The notes beneath the pieces are model-generated. The model was not told the DNA's origin and searched no databases. It worked only from the letters and a program-made list of their open reading frames with translations. This document shows positions 8,841-18,038 of a stretch of DNA of 64,000 nt, one piece after another (position 1 is the stretch's first letter; each line of letters starts with the position of its first letter). Where the stretch lies: the NCBI GenBank assembly GCA_044229845.1, contig JBGASG010000012.1, positions 1 to 64,000 of the forward strand, written 5' to 3'. Both the position numbers and the translations under genes were made by a program. The DNA is from Candidatus Obscuribacteraceae bacterium (GTDB taxonomy: Bacteria; Cyanobacteriota; Vampirovibrionia; Obscuribacterales; Obscuribacteraceae).

Positions 8841-9590
8841 TCACTTGCATAGAACGAAGACTCCAACGAATGGCGTGATGCGGAAATGATTCTCCAGTCT
8901 CAAGTGTGCAACCGCGGGACAGCGCAGCCACTCGCTCTCGGCAATGAAGTGCATGAACCCGGGACCAAAAGCCGCAAAGTTTGCGAAGTCACGCAGATGT
9001 TCGACCAATACGACTTTTCCATGCGGCGCCAGTACGCGTGCGGCTTCCCTGAAGATTGCCTCCCGTCCAGCTGCTTCGCGCAGTTCATGCGCTGCGAACG
9101 CCAGCACGATCAGATCGGCGCTCTCCTCAGACACCGGCCAGCCAGATATGCTGCGACTGATGGGATCGTACTTCCCGGGAAACAGTTTTTGCGCCTTCTC
9201 AATCGATGGCTCCCGCTTCGGCAAAGCCTCGTAGAAATCGACTACCTGCAGCCTCGCATCCGGATATGCTCGGGCGAGCGACTCGCTGGTTTCGTCGTAA
9301 CCGGCATGCACATTGATGATGCTCGAGGCAGCTGGGACATGTTTCTTCAGCCATGACCAGGAGTGCAGCGGCGAGGCGTCATACACCCAATAGGACGCAG
9401 CCAGCGAGGCAGCCGCTTGCCAGATAGCTCCACCGGCAGCGCAAAACGCCAGGACTCGCACCCACATGGGCAAAGAAGAAACCGATCCGACGGCGACAAG
9501 ACCAACGGCGAAGACGAATGCCAATGCGTACATCGGCCAATTGAACAAGACGACGCGGCGCACGCCTTCGAAGGGGGACTTGCCAATCAC
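8841..9590 (-). CDS. Class I SAM-dependent methyltransferase with N-terminal TM segments
   Basis: FNWPMY, NVHAGYDE, DLIVLAFAAHELR, EAARVLAPHGKVVLVEHLRD, FGPGFMHF. Confidence 0.82.
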   Translation of the reverse strand: MIGKSPFEGVRRVVLFNWPMYALAFVFAVGLVAVGSVSSLPMWVRVLAFCAAGGAIWQAAASLAASYWVYDASPLHSWSWLKKHVPAASSIINVHAGYDETSESLARAYPDARLQVVDFYEALPKREPSIEKAQKLFPGKYDPISRSISGWPVSEESADLIVLAFAAHELREAAGREAIFREAARVLAPHGKVVLVEHLRDFANFAAFGPGFMHFIAESEWLRCPAVAHLRLENHFRITPFVGVFVLCK

Positions 9591-10420
9591 GTCGACTCCT
9601 CGTCCTCGACGGCTTCGCCGTCGCTAGTTTCGCCGTGCGGCTCACTAGTACCTTCGACAAGCTTCTCGGTGATGCCGGTCTTCCAGTAGTACGGAATGTC
9701 TTGTATGAAGAATGCACTGCACAAAATTGGTGTTGCGGCAGCAAACGGTGGTTGGCTGAAAAACGCAGGGGGTTCTGCCAGCTCGACGGCAACCGAGCGC
9801 GGATGCCAATTCTGCCGGACGCCTTCGACTCTGATAATTGAATTGGTCTCGCGTTCGTAGTCAAAAGTGAAGGGCATGGGACCGGCGAATTTAAGCGCAT
9901 CGCGAACCGTGGCAAATGGCGTCCCCGGCGGCAAGTAATCCGCGCCGACTCTGGTGTCTGCGGTCAAGGTCAGGTTGCCCAGTCCATCCTGGCTGACTAC
10001 GCCCAATCTCACTTCGCCGTTCGCAACGCTGGCCGTCACTTTCGACTTATGGTACTTGTAATGCGTCAGCAGATTGCCGAACGCCACCATGTGATCTTTG
10101 TCGGCGTCCGACCGCAAAATGTACAGCCCCCGCAGGCGACGACCAGCGTGAGTTTTGTAGCGGACGAAAATACGATAGCCGGCGAGAAAGAACTCCTGCG
10201 AAATAAACTCGGGCAAGCCGCGCGGGCGCATGTGGTTCGTTTGCACCAGCGCGACAGCTACGAAGGCTAATTCATCGCCGTCGCGTATAAAGGTGTCGAG
10301 CTCCAAACCCGGCGCAAGAAGCGGCTTCAGCAGTTTCTTCTCAAAAGCATAGGTGAGGACCAATACGAAATCGAAGTGCGCCTCGATCGATACAGGATGC
10401 CGTTTTAGAAGATGCAGCAC
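9587..10420 (-). CDS. DUF2071 (YqjF-like) family protein
   Basis: LKRHP, VLTYA...LLAPGLELD, GYRIFVRY, RGLYILRSD, GNLLTHYKY, AGPMPFTF. Confidence 0.75.
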   Translation of the reverse strand: MLHLLKRHPVSIEAHFDFVLVLTYAFEKKLLKPLLAPGLELDTFIRDGDELAFVAVALVQTNHMRPRGLPEFISQEFFLAGYRIFVRYKTHAGRRLRGLYILRSDADKDHMVAFGNLLTHYKYHKSKVTASVANGEVRLGVVSQDGLGNLTLTADTRVGADYLPPGTPFATVRDALKFAGPMPFTFDYERETNSIIRVEGVRQNWHPRSVAVELAEPPAFFSQPPFAAATPILCSAFFIQDIPYYWKTGITEKLVEGTSEPHGETSDGEAVEDEEST

Positions 10421-10421
10421 T

Positions 10422-12302
10422 TCAGGCGCCGGCCGTTACCGTCTGTCGCCGCCGCATCTCAAGCCAGACAAGCAAAACCGAGACATCTGCAGGACTGACT
10501 CCGCCGATGCGGGAGGCCTGACCTACCGTTGCCGGCTTGATGCGATTCAATTTTTCGCGCGCTTCTTTAGATAAATTCTCCAGCTTCGAATAATCGGCAT
10601 CACCAGGCAGTTTCACCGTTTCAAGCTTGTCCGCTTGCGACACCTGAGCCATCTGGCGTTCGATGTAGCCGGCATATTTAGTTTCAGTCTCTACTTCCAG
10701 AGCCCACGGGAAAGCACTGCCGGCGGTGGCAGGCGCCATCTTCTCTATGCATGCATACGGAACCTTAGGACGCCGCAAAAGCTCTTCCAGACTGACGTTT
10801 TGCTTGAGTTCTTCCTCGTACTCAGAAAGAGTTTCTTGCCAGTCGGCGCTGGGTGCAATGCGCGTCGATCTGAGGCGTTGCACTTCGGTTTTGATCTCGT
10901 TTTGCTTGCCGGTGAAAAGCGCCCAGCGATAGTCATCGACCAGCCCGATATCGCGCCCGATCGGAGTCAGCCGCACATCGGCATTATCCTGACGGAGCAG
11001 CAAGCGGTACTCAGACCGCGACGTCATCATACGATACGGCTCGCCCAGCTCTTTGCTGACCAGGTCATCAACTAGAGTTCCCACATAGCTGGAAGAGCGC
11101 GGCAATTCCATGAAATCGCGACCCAGCGCATACAAAGCGGCATTGATACCGGCCACCAGTCCCTGCGCCGCAGCTTCTTCATAGCCGCTTGTGCCGAGAA
11201 TCTGCCCGCCGGCAAAAAATCCTTCCAACTCCTTCGCCATCAGCGCATGCGTGAATTGCGTCGCCGGCAAGTAGTCGTACTCGACCGCGTAAGCGGGGCG
11301 AATAACCGATGCATTCTCTAGCCCTGGCAGCGAATGCACAATCAGGTTTTGCACGTGCACAGGCAGGCTCGTCGAACAACCTTGCAGGTAGACTTCGTAG
11401 GTGTTGCGACCTTCCGGTTCCAAAAACAGCGAGTGGCTTTCCTTGTCGGCAAACCGCACTACTTTGTCTTCAATAGATGGGCAGTAGCGTGGACCGACAC
11501 CATGAATCATGCCCGAGTACATGGGCGATTCATGCAAATTGGCGCGAATCACTTCGTGCGTCGCTTCTGTCGTCCGCGTCTGGTGGCACGGCAATTGCTC
11601 GCGCACCGGGCGATTGTCTAGAAACGAGAAGAATGCCGGGTTTTCGTCGCCGGGCACAACCGGCAGATTGGTGTAATCGATGGTCCGTCCATCGATGCGC
11701 GGCGGCGTGCCAGTCTTGAGACGACCCAGGGTGAAACCGAGCGACTTCAAATACCCGGACAAACCAACGGCAGGAAACTCGCCGGCGCGGCCGGCGGGTT
11801 GCGTTTCACGACCGATCCAGATTGTGCCTTCGAGAAACGTTCCCGCAGTCAGAACCACCGCGCGAGCGGACATGCGCTCTCCAAAGCCGAGTTCGACGCC
11901 ACCGACACGTCGGCCCTCGGTCAAAAACGCTTTCACCATGCCCTGACGCAGAGTCAAATTGGGAATCGATTCACAGAAAGCCTTCATCCACGCACTGTAC
12001 TCGCGCTTGTCGGACTGAGCGCGCAGCGACTGCACTGCCGGTCCGCGACTGGAATTGAGCATGCGTAATTGCAGGTAAGTGGCGTCGGCCGCCAACCCCA
12101 TCACGCCACCCAGGGCATCGACTTCCTTGGTGAGCTGCGACTTGCCTGGTCCGCCCACGGCAGGGTTGCACGGCATGGCTCCGATTGTGTCGATGTTGAC
12201 GGCGAGCATGAGCGTTTTACAGCCGAGCTTAGCCGCCGCGTGTGCTGCCTCGCAGCCCGCGTGACCTCCGCCCACTACGATTACGTCGTAATCAAAGCCC
12301 AT
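10422..12302 (-). CDS. mnmG: tRNA uridine-5-carboxymethylaminomethyl modification enzyme MnmG/GidA
   Basis: DVIVVGGGHAGCEAA, MPCNPAVGG, RLKTGTPPR, GPRYCPSIEDK, GTSGYEEAAAQG, YRMMTSRSEYRL. Confidence 0.98.
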   Translation of the reverse strand: MGFDYDVIVVGGGHAGCEAAHAAAKLGCKTLMLAVNIDTIGAMPCNPAVGGPGKSQLTKEVDALGGVMGLAADATYLQLRMLNSSRGPAVQSLRAQSDKREYSAWMKAFCESIPNLTLRQGMVKAFLTEGRRVGGVELGFGERMSARAVVLTAGTFLEGTIWIGRETQPAGRAGEFPAVGLSGYLKSLGFTLGRLKTGTPPRIDGRTIDYTNLPVVPGDENPAFFSFLDNRPVREQLPCHQTRTTEATHEVIRANLHESPMYSGMIHGVGPRYCPSIEDKVVRFADKESHSLFLEPEGRNTYEVYLQGCSTSLPVHVQNLIVHSLPGLENASVIRPAYAVEYDYLPATQFTHALMAKELEGFFAGGQILGTSGYEEAAAQGLVAGINAALYALGRDFMELPRSSSYVGTLVDDLVSKELGEPYRMMTSRSEYRLLLRQDNADVRLTPIGRDIGLVDDYRWALFTGKQNEIKTEVQRLRSTRIAPSADWQETLSEYEEELKQNVSLEELLRRPKVPYACIEKMAPATAGSAFPWALEVETETKYAGYIERQMAQVSQADKLETVKLPGDADYSKLENLSKEAREKLNRIKPATVGQASRIGGVSPADVSVLLVWLEMRRRQTVTAGA

Positions 12303-12447
12303 AAAACGCGCCGTAAACAGAGTACCGAGCCCTATTGCCCGGTTTGGAAGATAATAGCAAAAAGCGCCGCCAGGAAGCAAAGCGGCGTTTGACGGTCACA
12401 CTTTGCCTTTGTTACAACCTAAAGGTAGACGCTCTTGCAAGGTATCA

Positions 12448-13191
12448 ATGACGACTTCTAAGTTTTCCCTGTCTCTGACCATCGCTGGTCTGACCGTCCA
12501 GCTGATTACTTCGAGTTGCGCCGCCGCAGAAACGTCGCCGGCCAGCCCGCCTCCGCCACCGCCACCCCGCAAGTCGCCGGCGAAATCGGGAGCAAAGCCC
12601 GCTCCTGCGGCTGCTTCCGCCAAGCCCAGCAGTTCGCCCAGCGCGCCGCCGCAGTCCTCAAGCCCGACAGCCTCTGCTGCCACAGGGAAAAAACCTCGCT
12701 CCGAGGTGCTCAATCCCGATCAGTTTTTCGGCATGGCAATGATCGGCTATGCAGCCGCAAAAGCCGCACCGGAAGTCATGGAAAACCTTTTTTGTTACTG
12801 CGGCTGCGATCTCACCGACAGCCACACCTCGCTTCTCGACTGTTTCACCAGCATTCACGGCGTCGATTGCCACATCTGCCAGGACGAGGCACAGATTGCG
12901 CTGAAGCTGCATAAGCAGGGTCTGCCGATGCTGAAAATTCAGCAGCAAATCGATGAGGAATTTTCCAAGCAGTATCCCTTCGAAGAAGACACGCCGACTT
13001 ACAAAAATTACAAGGCGCACCGTCTCTGGGTCAAAGGCGGCGCTGTGGACACAAAGCCCGATGCGGCTGCGTCCGGCAGCAACAGCGCTACCGGCAGCAC
13101 CGGTCCCGATCCGAAAAATCCGAAGCTAAAACCAGGCGCAAAAGCCGGCAATTGCTGCGGAGCGAAACACACTTCCGACAAGGCGAAGTGA
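12448..13191 (+). CDS. PCYCGC-motif exported protein
   Basis: Signal peptide, Pro/Ala/Ser linker, LFCYCGCD...HTSLLDCF...HGVDCHICQDEA. Confidence 0.75.
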   Translation: MTTSKFSLSLTIAGLTVQLITSSCAAAETSPASPPPPPPPRKSPAKSGAKPAPAAASAKPSSSPSAPPQSSSPTASAATGKKPRSEVLNPDQFFGMAMIGYAAAKAAPEVMENLFCYCGCDLTDSHTSLLDCFTSIHGVDCHICQDEAQIALKLHKQGLPMLKIQQQIDEEFSKQYPFEEDTPTYKNYKAHRLWVKGGAVDTKPDAAASGSNSATGSTGPDPKNPKLKPGAKAGNCCGAKHTSDKAK

Positions 13192-13427
13192 CACCGTATT
13201 TGGCACCGCGTTGTCAAGCATTGTCGGTTGATACAGCTTTTATCGAAAGCCAGCCTGGCTGCGGGTCTCGCAAATATATCCAGCAGATTATCAGTGGTTG
13301 GAAAACGCGAAATTTAGATATCGGGCTTAAAGATCGTGTCTATATGTTTTCCCCACTTCCTAACTGTAAATTTAGTCGCTACAATTACTGGAGTGTTAGA
13401 CGAAACACCTTGAAGGGGTGCGACCGA

Positions 13428-13820
13428 GTGACTTCAGTAGCCGCTGACAACCTGGCGCCTTGGATCATCATCTCCGATGACAGATGTCCTGTTGTGCGCA
13501 AACTGAGCTGGTTGGTTCGCCAATGGGACAACGCCGGCAACTTCAAGTTCGTCAGCAAACATCATCACTCGGAAGGCGAAGCGACCCTCGTGCAAGAGCT
13601 TGATGCCTGCCCGTGGAGCCTGATTTTGATCCACGACGGCGACATGCGTTCCGCCGGTCCGGAAGCCATTCCTTTTATATTGCGCAATCTGCCGGGCGGC
13701 AAAATCGCCACGGTGGCTTATGTGGTGCCCGGCACCATGTGGTTGACTCGCCAGCTGTACAATCTAGTCTCGCGCAACCGTCGCTTGCTGTCGGTACAAC
13801 ACGCCGCTTCCGCTCGCTAA
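13428..13820 (+). CDS. DCC1-like (DUF393) thiol-disulfide oxidoreductase family protein
   Basis: IIISDDRCPVV, WDNAGNFKFVS, SLILI, GPEAI, YNLVSRNR match the DCC family layout; the second Cys of DxxCxxC is absent. Confidence 0.65.
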   Translation: MTSVAADNLAPWIIISDDRCPVVRKLSWLVRQWDNAGNFKFVSKHHHSEGEATLVQELDACPWSLILIHDGDMRSAGPEAIPFILRNLPGGKIATVAYVVPGTMWLTRQLYNLVSRNRRLLSVQHAASAR

Positions 13821-13835
13821 GCCGCTCCCCGCGCT

Positions 13836-15224
13836 CTAATGCTCTTTCTCTACCGGTTTGCTGGTAGCGATACGTGCCACTAATTTGTCGAGCGCCGCGC
13901 GACGTGAACCCTTGATCAAAATACAGGCATCGCTATCGAGTCGACGCACTAGTTCGGTCTCGGCTTCGTTTTGATCGGCGCAGGGTATCACGTCAAAACC
14001 GGCTCCCTGAGCGCCTTCGGCAATGTTTCTCGCCAGATGACCAACCGTGATCAAAGCGTGCAGAGACTTGTCCTTCAGCCACTGCCCCAGCTCGCGATGC
14101 AATTCAGGTCCTTGCGGTCCCAACTCAGCCAGCTCGCCGACCACAACTATGCGCTTCTTCTGAGGGCAGGCCGTGTCCGCCAGGATGCCCGCCACCGACG
14201 CCTTGACCGAGTCGGGATTACCGTTGTACGACTCATCTATTAGTAGAGAGCCCTCGCGCCCCACCATGCGATTGCCGCGTCCGCCAACCACTTCGAACTG
14301 ACGCAGCCCGCGAACAATCAATTGCTCCTCGATGCCCAGTTCGTGCGCCGCCATGACCACACACCAGGCATCCTGCAATAGCGGCTCGCCATGCGCCCGC
14401 ACTTCAAAGGTCGGTTCCAGTCCTTTCACTTTAAATTGCGTGCCGATGTCAGTGATACCAACGACGGTGACTGATGAATCATCGAACAAACGAGTGCGTC
14501 CCTGCCAGAACTCCGGCAAGACCGTCATCAATTCAGGCGTCTGCCGTCCGATAATAGCCACTCCTCCGCCTCGCAAATGCATGAGCAATTCGCACTTGGC
14601 ACGGGCGATGTTCTCCAACGAACCGAGCAGTTCTAAATGCGCGCTGCCGGCATTGGTGATGATGCCGACATCCGGCGCGGCACAACGTGCCAATTGATCT
14701 ATCTGGCCCAGCCCCCGCATAGCCATTTCGATAATCGCTACTTGGGTGTCATCCGGCATATTGAGCAGAGTCTTGGGGACGCCGAACTCGTTGTTTTCGT
14801 TGGCCTTTGATTTATGGCACCGCAAGGCGGCACCAAATACGGAGGCACACATTTCCTTCGTAGTGGTCTTGCCTGACGAGCCAGTAATACCGATCACTTT
14901 TGGATTTATACGGCGGCGCCAGTTTCGCGCCAGGTCATGAAAGGCATCGAGACTGTCTTGCACAGCCATGAGCGGAAACGTCGAGTTGCCAATCGGATAG
15001 CTGGAGCGCTCGCCGACAATCGCTCCCAGCGCTCCCGCGGCAAAGGCATCACCCAGGAAGTCGTGCCCGTCGAACGTTTCTCCCGAGAGGGCCAGGTACC
15101 ACTGCCCGTCCTGCAACGCGCGCGTATCCGTGCAAATCTGCCCCGCGCCATCCGGCATCAATCCTTGCGCCAGGCGCGCGCCGCAAATGTCGATGATGTC
15201 CTCGGCGTTAAATTCGGCTGTCAT
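13836..15224 (-). CDS. murF: UDP-N-acetylmuramoyl-tripeptide--D-Ala-D-Ala ligase MurF
   Basis: TDTR, GETFDGHDF, GITGSSGKTTTKE, NNEFGVP, IDESYNGNP, GELAELG, KGSR. Confidence 0.96.
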   Translation of the reverse strand: MTAEFNAEDIIDICGARLAQGLMPDGAGQICTDTRALQDGQWYLALSGETFDGHDFLGDAFAAGALGAIVGERSSYPIGNSTFPLMAVQDSLDAFHDLARNWRRRINPKVIGITGSSGKTTTKEMCASVFGAALRCHKSKANENNEFGVPKTLLNMPDDTQVAIIEMAMRGLGQIDQLARCAAPDVGIITNAGSAHLELLGSLENIARAKCELLMHLRGGGVAIIGRQTPELMTVLPEFWQGRTRLFDDSSVTVVGITDIGTQFKVKGLEPTFEVRAHGEPLLQDAWCVVMAAHELGIEEQLIVRGLRQFEVVGGRGNRMVGREGSLLIDESYNGNPDSVKASVAGILADTACPQKKRIVVVGELAELGPQGPELHRELGQWLKDKSLHALITVGHLARNIAEGAQGAGFDVIPCADQNEAETELVRRLDSDACILIKGSRRAALDKLVARIATSKPVEKEH

Positions 15225-15308
15225 TTATTTGCATCCGCGTGTTCAGGTGCCATCCGGCAGTTAGTATCCCACGGCGCGCGCCGCGAAATCCACCTCCGAT
15301 TGTGTAAA

Positions 15309-16208
15309 TCAGGCGTCGACCGCCGCACCCACGAACAGGGAGCAGAGAAACACCGAGAAATCCTGCACGACCTTCGGACTGGGCGCCAGATCGGGATTGA
15401 GAATCGCCACATCCATACCCACGACCTTGCCTGATTTCAGGTGTTCGCGCAGAACTTGCTTGAGTTCAGAGTAGGTCAGCCCGCCGGCGAGCGGAAAGTC
15501 CACTGCCGGCATTTCGTCAAAATCAAGAACGTCGACATCGAGATGAATCCACGTGCCTTTCGTCGGCAAGCCATCCAGATGCTTCGCCGACTGACGAGCC
15601 GCTTCCAGCGCCGTCAATTTGCGGACTTCTTCCAGATCATAGACCTTCATGCCGGTGGACTTAACGCTGACCGCACCCTCGGCGGCCGATTCGTCCTCAT
15701 CGCGATAACCGAGGACGACAACGTTTTTGTCAGCTATGTATGATCTCTTGCCGTCGATGGCAGAAAGCACATCGGGACCGCGTCCGGTGATGATCGCCAA
15801 CTCGGCAGCCGAAAGCTCGCCATCAGGGATGGTATCACCCTGATAGAAATCGCTGTGCCCGTCAAGAAACAGCAGCCCGTACTCGCCGAGCCTGGAAAGC
15901 CCAAGGGCGATGCCAATCAAAATGCTGCAGTCGCCGCCGACGATCAGCGGAAACTTGCCTTCGCTGAGAAACTTGACGATCTTGTCCGCCAGCGCCAGAG
16001 AATAATCGCGCGCCAGCGCTGCGTTACGCAACCCCGTATCCGGGTCGATCTCGTCCGTCCCACCCATTGAAGGCATCCAGCCATGCCAGCTGGCGCCCAG
16101 GCAATCGAGCAGACCGGCGTCTTCGAGAGCTTCCGGCAAATTCTCCACCCCGGTCTCACCTAGACCAAGGCAGGATGGAGCAGCAAATGGCGCGATGTCT
16201 CTTTTCAT
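15309..16208 (-). CDS. Arginase/ureohydrolase family protein
   Basis: GGDCS, FLDGHSDF, WIHLDVDVLD, MPAVD, GGL, NPDL. Confidence 0.9.
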   Translation of the reverse strand: MKRDIAPFAAPSCLGLGETGVENLPEALEDAGLLDCLGASWHGWMPSMGGTDEIDPDTGLRNAALARDYSLALADKIVKFLSEGKFPLIVGGDCSILIGIALGLSRLGEYGLLFLDGHSDFYQGDTIPDGELSAAELAIITGRGPDVLSAIDGKRSYIADKNVVVLGYRDEDESAAEGAVSVKSTGMKVYDLEEVRKLTALEAARQSAKHLDGLPTKGTWIHLDVDVLDFDEMPAVDFPLAGGLTYSELKQVLREHLKSGKVVGMDVAILNPDLAPSPKVVQDFSVFLCSLFVGAAVDA

Positions 16209-16278
16209 AGGCTTGCAGCGAGCAAGTCTATCATCGTGGCATCGTACCGAGTGCCTGCAGGCGCTTGAGCGGAATGAG

Positions 16279-16455
16279 TTACGCCTCGACGGCGACTTTT
16301 TCTTCGCCCACGCTTTCAGTCACAGCAAACTTAGCAGCATCAGCCGGGTTCACTTCACGAGGGAAGGGACCCTTCTTGATGCGATCGTTAATTGCCTTTG
16401 AAAGAAGGCGGCTGGCGAAGTTGTTCCTGGTTGTAGTGGTTGTGCAATCAGACAT
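16279..16455 (-). CDS. Small hypothetical protein (58 aa)
   Basis: GGAGG RBS then ATG at 16455: MSDCTTTTTRNNFASRLLSKAINDRIKKGPFPREV... Confidence 0.55.
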   Translation of the reverse strand: MSDCTTTTTRNNFASRLLSKAINDRIKKGPFPREVNPADAAKFAVTESVGEEKVAVEA

Positions 16456-16708
16456 AATTCGTCCTCCACCCGGCGAAGGTGTAGATACACGGCTGGGTCG
16501 CAATCTTGTTTGATAGATTCGCGACCCGCCAACGCCTTCACTGATAGTAGTTGAGAACCGAATTGTTGGCAACCCGGTATTGATGCGGGTTAGACACATC
16601 TTATTGTTGGGGAGCCGCTCTCCTTCGTGTTCTTACGCTTATGGTTTGTGAGAAACCGCTCCAGATGCCGCCCACAGCGCACCACATCAGTATCAGCCCT
16701 TCGCCCAA

Positions 16709-17512
16709 TCAGTGTTTGACGGCGGCAGCAAATAGCTTCTCCTCGAACAAACCCGAGTCATACAGGCTTTGCGGAGTAACGGTCTGCACAGCTCCGAACG
16801 TCGGCAGTTCGTCTTTGCGCACGTTCTTCTTGCGCTTCACGACCGCCTTCTCGATGAAGTTCATATGCAGCCGTCCGGGTTTGAATCCCGAGTGGATCGT
16901 CGCCAGCACATGCTGCGGGTCGTAATCGTCAGTGCGGGCAGCAGCAAGCGCCATCAGGATCCACTTATTGCAGTTGAGGCTGTCGGCGCTGTCGTATTGA
17001 GAGAGCAAGTTGTACTTGGTGGTGAAGGCCAGCTTGCGCAGCTTACCAGTCAAAACCGCGTCGTAGACTCGGTCTTGCGTCTCGTGATCGGGAATCAATA
17101 CAAGCGCGTTTTCTTCATATCCTGTCTGCCCATAAAAGAAATCCACTGGTGCCAAGCGCCACAAGTCACAACTAGGTGGCATGGACTGACCAGTATTGAG
17201 AAGTTGATAGAGAATCCACGTCTGAGCGCGCGGGTCATACACCGCCAGCCCCGAGTGGGCCATTCCAGTCCAATCGCGTCCTTTCACATCATTTCCACCC
17301 TTGCGCGAAACTACAGCGACTATCGCCTTCTTCTCGTAAAGCGTCTTCTGCAGCCAATCGGTGAGATGTTTCGCAACCGTCAGTTTCTTCTCATCGATAA
17401 GTGCTGGTCCGTCGGTAGGGTTAGCGGCCACGCACGGCATCCCCTGAACAGGCAACACAATTGCTGCCACCACCAGCACTTGCGTCCATAGATCAAGGAT
17501 GACTTGTCGCAT
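16709..17512 (-). CDS. DUF2145-like exported protein (permuted papain-like fold suspected)
   Basis: Signal peptide; AVVSRKG, AHSGLAV (His), YQLLN, PVDFF, YNLLS, NCNKWI (Cys). Confidence 0.65.
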   Translation of the reverse strand: MRQVILDLWTQVLVVAAIVLPVQGMPCVAANPTDGPALIDEKKLTVAKHLTDWLQKTLYEKKAIVAVVSRKGGNDVKGRDWTGMAHSGLAVYDPRAQTWILYQLLNTGQSMPPSCDLWRLAPVDFFYGQTGYEENALVLIPDHETQDRVYDAVLTGKLRKLAFTTKYNLLSQYDSADSLNCNKWILMALAAARTDDYDPQHVLATIHSGFKPGRLHMNFIEKAVVKRKKNVRKDELPTFGAVQTVTPQSLYDSGLFEEKLFAAAVKH

Positions 17513-17927
17513 CGCCCGCTCCCTTCGGCTGCGGCCGCTGCTCATCCGCCAGCGCCTGGTTTAGTTCCAGATAATCGTTGCGCACCACTAGCGGTATCGT
17601 CTTTCCCTGCTTGCCGGTATGCACGACAACCGTACTCTCATTGCCTGAGGATGACTCCGTCGCTTCGACAGTTTCGATCACGTCGACAGTAAGGTCGGTC
17701 AATCCGCGACCGGCAGCACCAACAATGCGAACCACCTGCTTACCGCCGGCAATCGTCAGTGCTGCTGTCGCCGCGGATGCCAGTACAGGTGTGGCGATAC
17801 CGGCAAGTCCGGCATATGCGGTGAGACCGCTGGCGTCGCCACTGGGCTCATCCGCCGCCTCCGCAGGCGTCAAGGCAAAAAGCGCAGCCGCAGCCAGAAG
17901 CGCCGCCACAGTTCGATTCATGTGCAT
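17493..17927 (-). CDS. Hypothetical exported protein, operonic with the DUF2145-like gene
   Basis: Signal peptide ending AEA; overlaps the downstream gene start. Confidence 0.7.
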   Translation of the reverse strand: MHMNRTVAALLAAAALFALTPAEAADEPSGDASGLTAYAGLAGIATPVLASAATAALTIAGGKQVVRIVGAAGRGLTDLTVDVIETVEATESSSGNESTVVVHTGKQGKTIPLVVRNDYLELNQALADEQRPQPKGAGDATSHP

Positions 17928-18038
17928 CTCCTCACTCTTGTTGCAATGAGCGCTAACGCCGCTCTATCCAATTAGACCGTGCAGCGGCGGCGCACTAAGT
18001 TGAAGCCTTCACACTTAATCAACTGTTCGGGTGTGCAA

